Made by a program: the position numbers and the translations under genes. This document shows positions 60,714-64,000 of a stretch of 64,000 nucleotides of DNA, one piece after another. The DNA comes from Deltaproteobacteria bacterium (GTDB lineage Bacteria > Desulfobacterota > GWC2-55-46 > DRQE01), in the NCBI GenBank assembly GCA_024278765.1, contig JAJRSM010000030.1, forward strand, positions 5,033 through 69,032. Direction: 5' to 3'. How positions within the stretch are numbered: the stretch's first letter is position 1; every line of letters starts with the position of its first letter. Below the pieces are notes generated by a model. That model was given only the letters and a program-made list of their open reading frames with translations. It was not told where the DNA came from and made no database searches.

Positions 60714-61778
60714 TTACTTGATGCTGACCTTTCGTCGCAGCGAATATGCCTTTGGTGGCCCGGACTTACCGATGCGGAAGAGCATTATAATGGCTTTGTC
60801 TCGAGTTGTCGGGAATAGTTCTTTAAGGCGAGTCTCGGCGGCCTCTACGATCTTTTTTTCCGACGGACTCAGTCCCTTTCCATCCTCCATATAGAGCCTT
60901 TGGATAAGGAAGGTTATCCCTGTTGTCGGTTGAAAGGAAAGTCCCTCGGCGGTCGCGGTAAGCCATATACGCTGTAAGGCCCGACCGCCATTTACAAAGT
61001 CTTTAGGGCTCTTGCCCGGCATTTGCAATAGACCAAAGGCCGATGATGACTTGAAGATCATAGATGATCTTATTGGTAGCGTACGGCTGAGGCCGAAGAT
61101 ATTCATAAAACGCACCAGAGGCCAGGAACGTAGCATACCGAAGCCCTGCTTTTCGACTGGAAAAAGTCCGAGTGTGTTTATATCCATGCCGTCTCTTGTT
61201 TCTTCTATCTCTTTTTTAGTCCACCTGATATGTTCAAAGAGAAAGTCGTGAAGTCTCTTGTTGGTAAATAAGAGCCTGTCGTTTATGCTGGCGACCTTAG
61301 CTATCTTTTTTATAGTTGCTCTGTCTTCTCTAAGTGTCAGCTCGCCGTAGCCCCTGTCTTTAGTAATGGTCTTCAGCCTGTTTACAGTAGTTTTTTCGAG
61401 TGGTTTACCTTTAAATGGACTTCTGTTGGTGCAGCGTTTATCTAAAAAAGGAAAAAGGTCGATTCCTTTTTTTGTACTCTTTCTGAAGTTTATGCGGGCT
61501 ACAACTGGTGCAGAGTCGCCGTCAGGGAAGAGCTTTGTTTCTTCAACCGAATAGCCAAGAGCCTTACCGGCAATCGAGATATTTTCGATAAGCGCACCGC
61601 AGGCGATAAAAGAAGCCGTCTTTGATACATTAAATAGCGATCTGTCGCGGGACTCGTTATTTATAATAAGAAGGCTGTCTCCGTCCATCTTAAAGTCCCA
61701 TGGCTGGCAGTTATCGCCTGACGGTGCCATTGCGCCGTATCTAAGAATCTCTTCTAGTATTTTTTTAGGGACCGTCAT
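60714..61778 (-). CDS. Nitroreductase-superfamily protein, double-domain size (Acg/Rv1355c C-terminal-like)
   Basis: N-terminal ...YGAMAPSGDNCQPWDF, typical of the nitroreductase fold. 354 aa, about twice a single nitroreductase domain. Confidence 0.7.
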   Translation of the reverse strand: MTVPKKILEEILRYGAMAPSGDNCQPWDFKMDGDSLLIINNESRDRSLFNVSKTASFIACGALIENISIAGKALGYSVEETKLFPDGDSAPVVARINFRKSTKKGIDLFPFLDKRCTNRSPFKGKPLEKTTVNRLKTITKDRGYGELTLREDRATIKKIAKVASINDRLLFTNKRLHDFLFEHIRWTKKEIEETRDGMDINTLGLFPVEKQGFGMLRSWPLVRFMNIFGLSRTLPIRSSMIFKSSSAFGLLQMPGKSPKDFVNGGRALQRIWLTATAEGLSFQPTTGITFLIQRLYMEDGKGLSPSEKKIVEAAETRLKELFPTTRDKAIIMLFRIGKSGPPKAYSLRRKVSIK

Positions 61779-61780
61779 CT

Positions 61781-62650
61781 TTATTCACCCAATTGTTTGG
61801 CAAACTTTTTAGCAAGGTATTTTCTCTTCAGTCTTTGTAACGGGTTTTTACCGCCCTTACGAAGGTATCCAGCCTTATAGATCTGGCGAAAGGGATCGAA
61901 CTGAAAGTAATGCGGCACGGCTTTGACCTCGCCTTTCTTTGTTATGATCTTTAGCGTTTCAGTGGCAGCAAGTGTCGCGCAAAGTGCGCATGCAGAGGCT
62001 ATGGCAGGTCCTGTGTGATCTTTAAGGCTAACCTTATTGAGATCCATGTACTTCAGATGTAATGGCTTAGGGGTGAGCCCAACGGCAAAGGCGACTATCT
62101 TCTGCGGGTAGGTCATCTTGTCGTTTATCGCGAAGTATTCGTCAAAGCTCATCCCGGACGGCGAGAAGACCTGCAGGGTCGCACCAAAACCAATCGGACC
62201 ACAGGTTAGGGCGTATATCCCCATCTCGCGAGCCGTATTAAAGAGAAGCCGTCTGGCATCAATTTCAAAAAAATCTATGCCGTCTATTACTACGTCAAGG
62301 CCTTTAAGGAACTCTGCTACATTATTCTCTGTTATGCCTTCTTTAAATAATTTAATACGGCAAGACTGGTTTATATCAAGGATGACCTCTTTCATTACCT
62401 CGGCTTTTGCTTGCCCGATTGTCTTGGTCGTAGCACCGTATTGGCGGTTGATATTTGCAAGCTCAAAGGTGTCAAAGTCTGCGACGTTAAAGCCGCCGAT
62501 CCCCATTCGCGCAAGTGTTGCCATGTGTTGGCCGCCTACACCGCCAAGCCCGGCTATGCCAACGGTAGCGTCGCGTAAAAGCTCTTGTTCTGTAAGGTCA
62601 ACAAGCCCTATATTGCGCCTGAATGATTCGTTGTAGGTAGAGTCTGACAT
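61781..62650 (-). CDS. ThiF/MoeB/HesA family E1-like adenylyltransferase
   Basis: GLGGVGGQHMATLARMGIGGFNVADFDTFELANINRQ (nucleotide-binding loop plus NxNRQ block). Confidence 0.85.
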   Translation of the reverse strand: MSDSTYNESFRRNIGLVDLTEQELLRDATVGIAGLGGVGGQHMATLARMGIGGFNVADFDTFELANINRQYGATTKTIGQAKAEVMKEVILDINQSCRIKLFKEGITENNVAEFLKGLDVVIDGIDFFEIDARRLLFNTAREMGIYALTCGPIGFGATLQVFSPSGMSFDEYFAINDKMTYPQKIVAFAVGLTPKPLHLKYMDLNKVSLKDHTGPAIASACALCATLAATETLKIITKKGEVKAVPHYFQFDPFRQIYKAGYLRKGGKNPLQRLKRKYLAKKFAKQLGE

Positions 62651-62717
62651 TTTTATTTAAAGTCCTTTGGTTTGTCTTTGAGTAAATCGTCTGGATAGTT
62701 TTTTAGTTGAAAAAACC

Positions 62718-64000
62718 TTAGAAGCTATAACCGAGCTCTGTATAGACCCGGTCTTTGTCTTTGTATTGACCAAAGATGCCGTCCGTCTCGCCTGCGAATA
62801 TATCGGCACCTATGAATAGCCGCCAGTTATCTTTAAAGGTAAAGCCGATCTTAGGGCGAATCATCATATCCAGTTCTTGAAGGCTTGATATAACGAGTAA
62901 CTCTGGCTCGACTGTGTTATCAAAGAAGCCAGTCTTTATTCTTATCGAGGCGGTGTTTCTAATGTGTTCTTGCCGGAAGAAGCGGTCGTCGTGGTCTGGG
63001 ATGATCCTCTGCATGAATTGCAAGTTTGTCTCTATATCGCTGAAAAAAGTATAGTCCACGCCGATGAGATAATCAATGTAGTCGGCTTTTTCGAGGCCGT
63101 CTACGTCAGCTGAATCAATGACGGAGAAGTATTTGCCACGAGTATAGATGACCTCGGCCTTAAAGATAATGTTTTGTACCTCTTTAGCAATGGTAAAGCC
63201 ACTGACGTTAAGCCTTCTGTGCGTTGGCGTGAATGTATAAGAGGTTGGCGAGTTAATGGTTCTGATGGTAGCACCTTCTTTGTCCCAGGTATAGAGGTGA
63301 AAAAGGCTTAAGTCCCAGTCGCCGAGAAGATATGAAAAACGCGCGGCGTACTCGCTGTTACGAAAGTTATTGGCCGGTTCATCGACTGCCGTGACCGTTG
63401 GGGCAACACCTGAGGGTAGGGCAAGAGAGACTGGAAACTCCGAGCCTGCCTCGCCGTAATCATTGAACTCAAGGACCGGTATCCAGACAAACTCTATATG
63501 TGATAGCTCTCCTGAATATTCTATAAGGGCCGCCCACTGAGGTTTTCTGATATCGTCAAAGTCTGGCAATACGAACTCACGCAGGTCTTTTGCATTGACC
63601 TGGTCTGCGAAGAAGAGCCCTATTGCCTCGCCCCAGACAATGCTCTGCTTACCAAGGCGCAGGTCCATGCTGCCAAGCGAGACGTCCAGGTAAGTCTCGC
63701 GAAGCTCTAGCTCTGTTTCCTGGTCTTCTTCTACGTTACCGGGGTAGTTATCAGTCATATCAAAGACAGCATCGTAGTAGCTGCGCCCGCCAAGCTTAAA
63801 GGAAATATTATCTGTCAGTTCTCCGCGCATATTTAGCTTAAGTGTTGACCTTGACTTTGTCAGCTCTCGCTTCTTACTTATCCTGTAGGCCGTTTCATTT
63901 ACAACCGAGCCGTTTATCTTTATATTACCCCACCGTGTTTCTTCGCTATCATATGAAGAATCAAATGGCTCTTCACCGGTCTCGTCGCTGTAGTCTGTCG
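62718..64000 (-). CDS. DUF1302-like outer-membrane protein (5' end beyond window)
   Basis: Beta-rich, ends ...YTELGYSF with a terminal aromatic residue. Contains LRLGKQSIVWGEA. I checked codon by codon that the frame stays open from the ORF-track ATG (63830) to nt 64000, and MRGELT... has no signal peptide, so the true start is probably outside the window. Confidence 0.55.
   Translation of the reverse strand, partial: TDYSDETGEEPFDSSYDSEETRWGNIKINGSVVNETAYRISKKRELTKSRSTLKLNMRGELTDNISFKLGGRSYYDAVFDMTDNYPGNVEEDQETELELRETYLDVSLGSMDLRLGKQSIVWGEAIGLFFADQVNAKDLREFVLPDFDDIRKPQWAALIEYSGELSHIEFVWIPVLEFNDYGEAGSEFPVSLALPSGVAPTVTAVDEPANNFRNSEYAARFSYLLGDWDLSLFHLYTWDKEGATIRTINSPTSYTFTPTHRRLNVSGFTIAKEVQNIIFKAEVIYTRGKYFSVIDSADVDGLEKADYIDYLIGVDYTFFSDIETNLQFMQRIIPDHDDRFFRQEHIRNTASIRIKTGFFDNTVEPELLVISSLQELDMMIRPKIGFTFKDNWRLFIGADIFAGETDGIFGQYKDKDRVYTELGYSF

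Noticed and set aside
60714-62650. Interpretation of the ThiF + nitroreductase pair as a TOMM/azoline RiPP cluster
   Set aside because: No YcaO cyclodehydratase, precursor peptide, protease or transporter is visible in the window, so the RiPP reading is unsupported. I retained it only as a split Rv1355c-like pair of unknown function.
62651-62717. Hairpin GTTTTTT-agttg-AAAAAAC between the DUF1302-like and ThiF genes as a terminator
   Set aside because: The stem is almost entirely A-T/A-U with no GC clamp, so I consider it too weak to call.
1-64000. Mobile elements, tRNA/rRNA genes, CRISPR arrays, toxin-antitoxin or phage-defence modules
   Set aside because: No transposase- or integrase-like ORF, no regularly spaced repeat array, and no non-coding gap large or structured enough for rRNA. 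The few gaps over 200 bp look like promoter/leader regions. A tRNA scan was not run, so a missed tRNA in a gap is unlikely but not excluded.

Overview
The window is almost entirely coding. Everything runs on the + strand up to about 60.7 kb, and the last three genes are on the - strand. I saw no rRNA, tRNA, CRISPR array, transposase or integrase. All calls come from reading motifs in the supplied translations and the DNA; no similarity search was run.

The content reads as one large surface/biofilm-matrix island with four blocks.

(1) 1-1048: a c-di-GMP pair, made of a partial HD-GYP phosphodiesterase and a degenerate PilZ protein.

(2) 1.3-15.8 kb: two large Sec-dependent repeat proteins, followed directly by a compact secretin/pseudopilin/GspF/GspE/PilMNO machine of the T2SS / type-IV-filament class. 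The first protein is 1304 aa, with Pmp-like beta-helix repeats and FN3-like modules. The second is 452-454 aa (start choice) and ends in an extreme K/D/E tail.

(3) 16.0-21.3 kb: a membrane-anchored cytochrome c with about 10 hemes, two tandem FGE-sulfatase-fold proteins, an SCO-like thioredoxin-fold lipoprotein with a variant Cys motif, and a LuxR-type regulator.

(4) 21.5-59.2 kb: a canonical PEP-CTERM/exosortase (XrtA-type) exopolysaccharide locus. It encodes the PrsT TPR lipoprotein, an OPX exporter, a chain-length determinant, a BY-kinase-like ATPase, a beta-barrel OMP, an ExeA-like ATPase, a priming sugar transferase, two stp-like GT4s, exosortase, EpsI, PrsK, PrsR, a CPBP protease and one PEP-CTERM substrate. 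This locus is split by a roughly 16.5-kb glycosyltransferase/modification region whose first ~6 kb (33.1-39.2 kb) is visibly AT-rich.

The most interesting sequence-level observations are:
- Two near-identical sigma-54 promoters that share a bipartite upstream element. One drives a zinc-ribbon PilZ gene and the other drives the PEP-CTERM substrate gene.
- A recombination scar that duplicates the 3' end of udk and creates a chimeric GT2::udk mini-ORF.
- A 68-nt out-of-frame overlap between the Tyr-rich tail of the kinase-like gene and the signal peptide of the downstream OMP.
- The heme/FGE/SCO module.
- A split ThiF + double-nitroreductase pair on the - strand.
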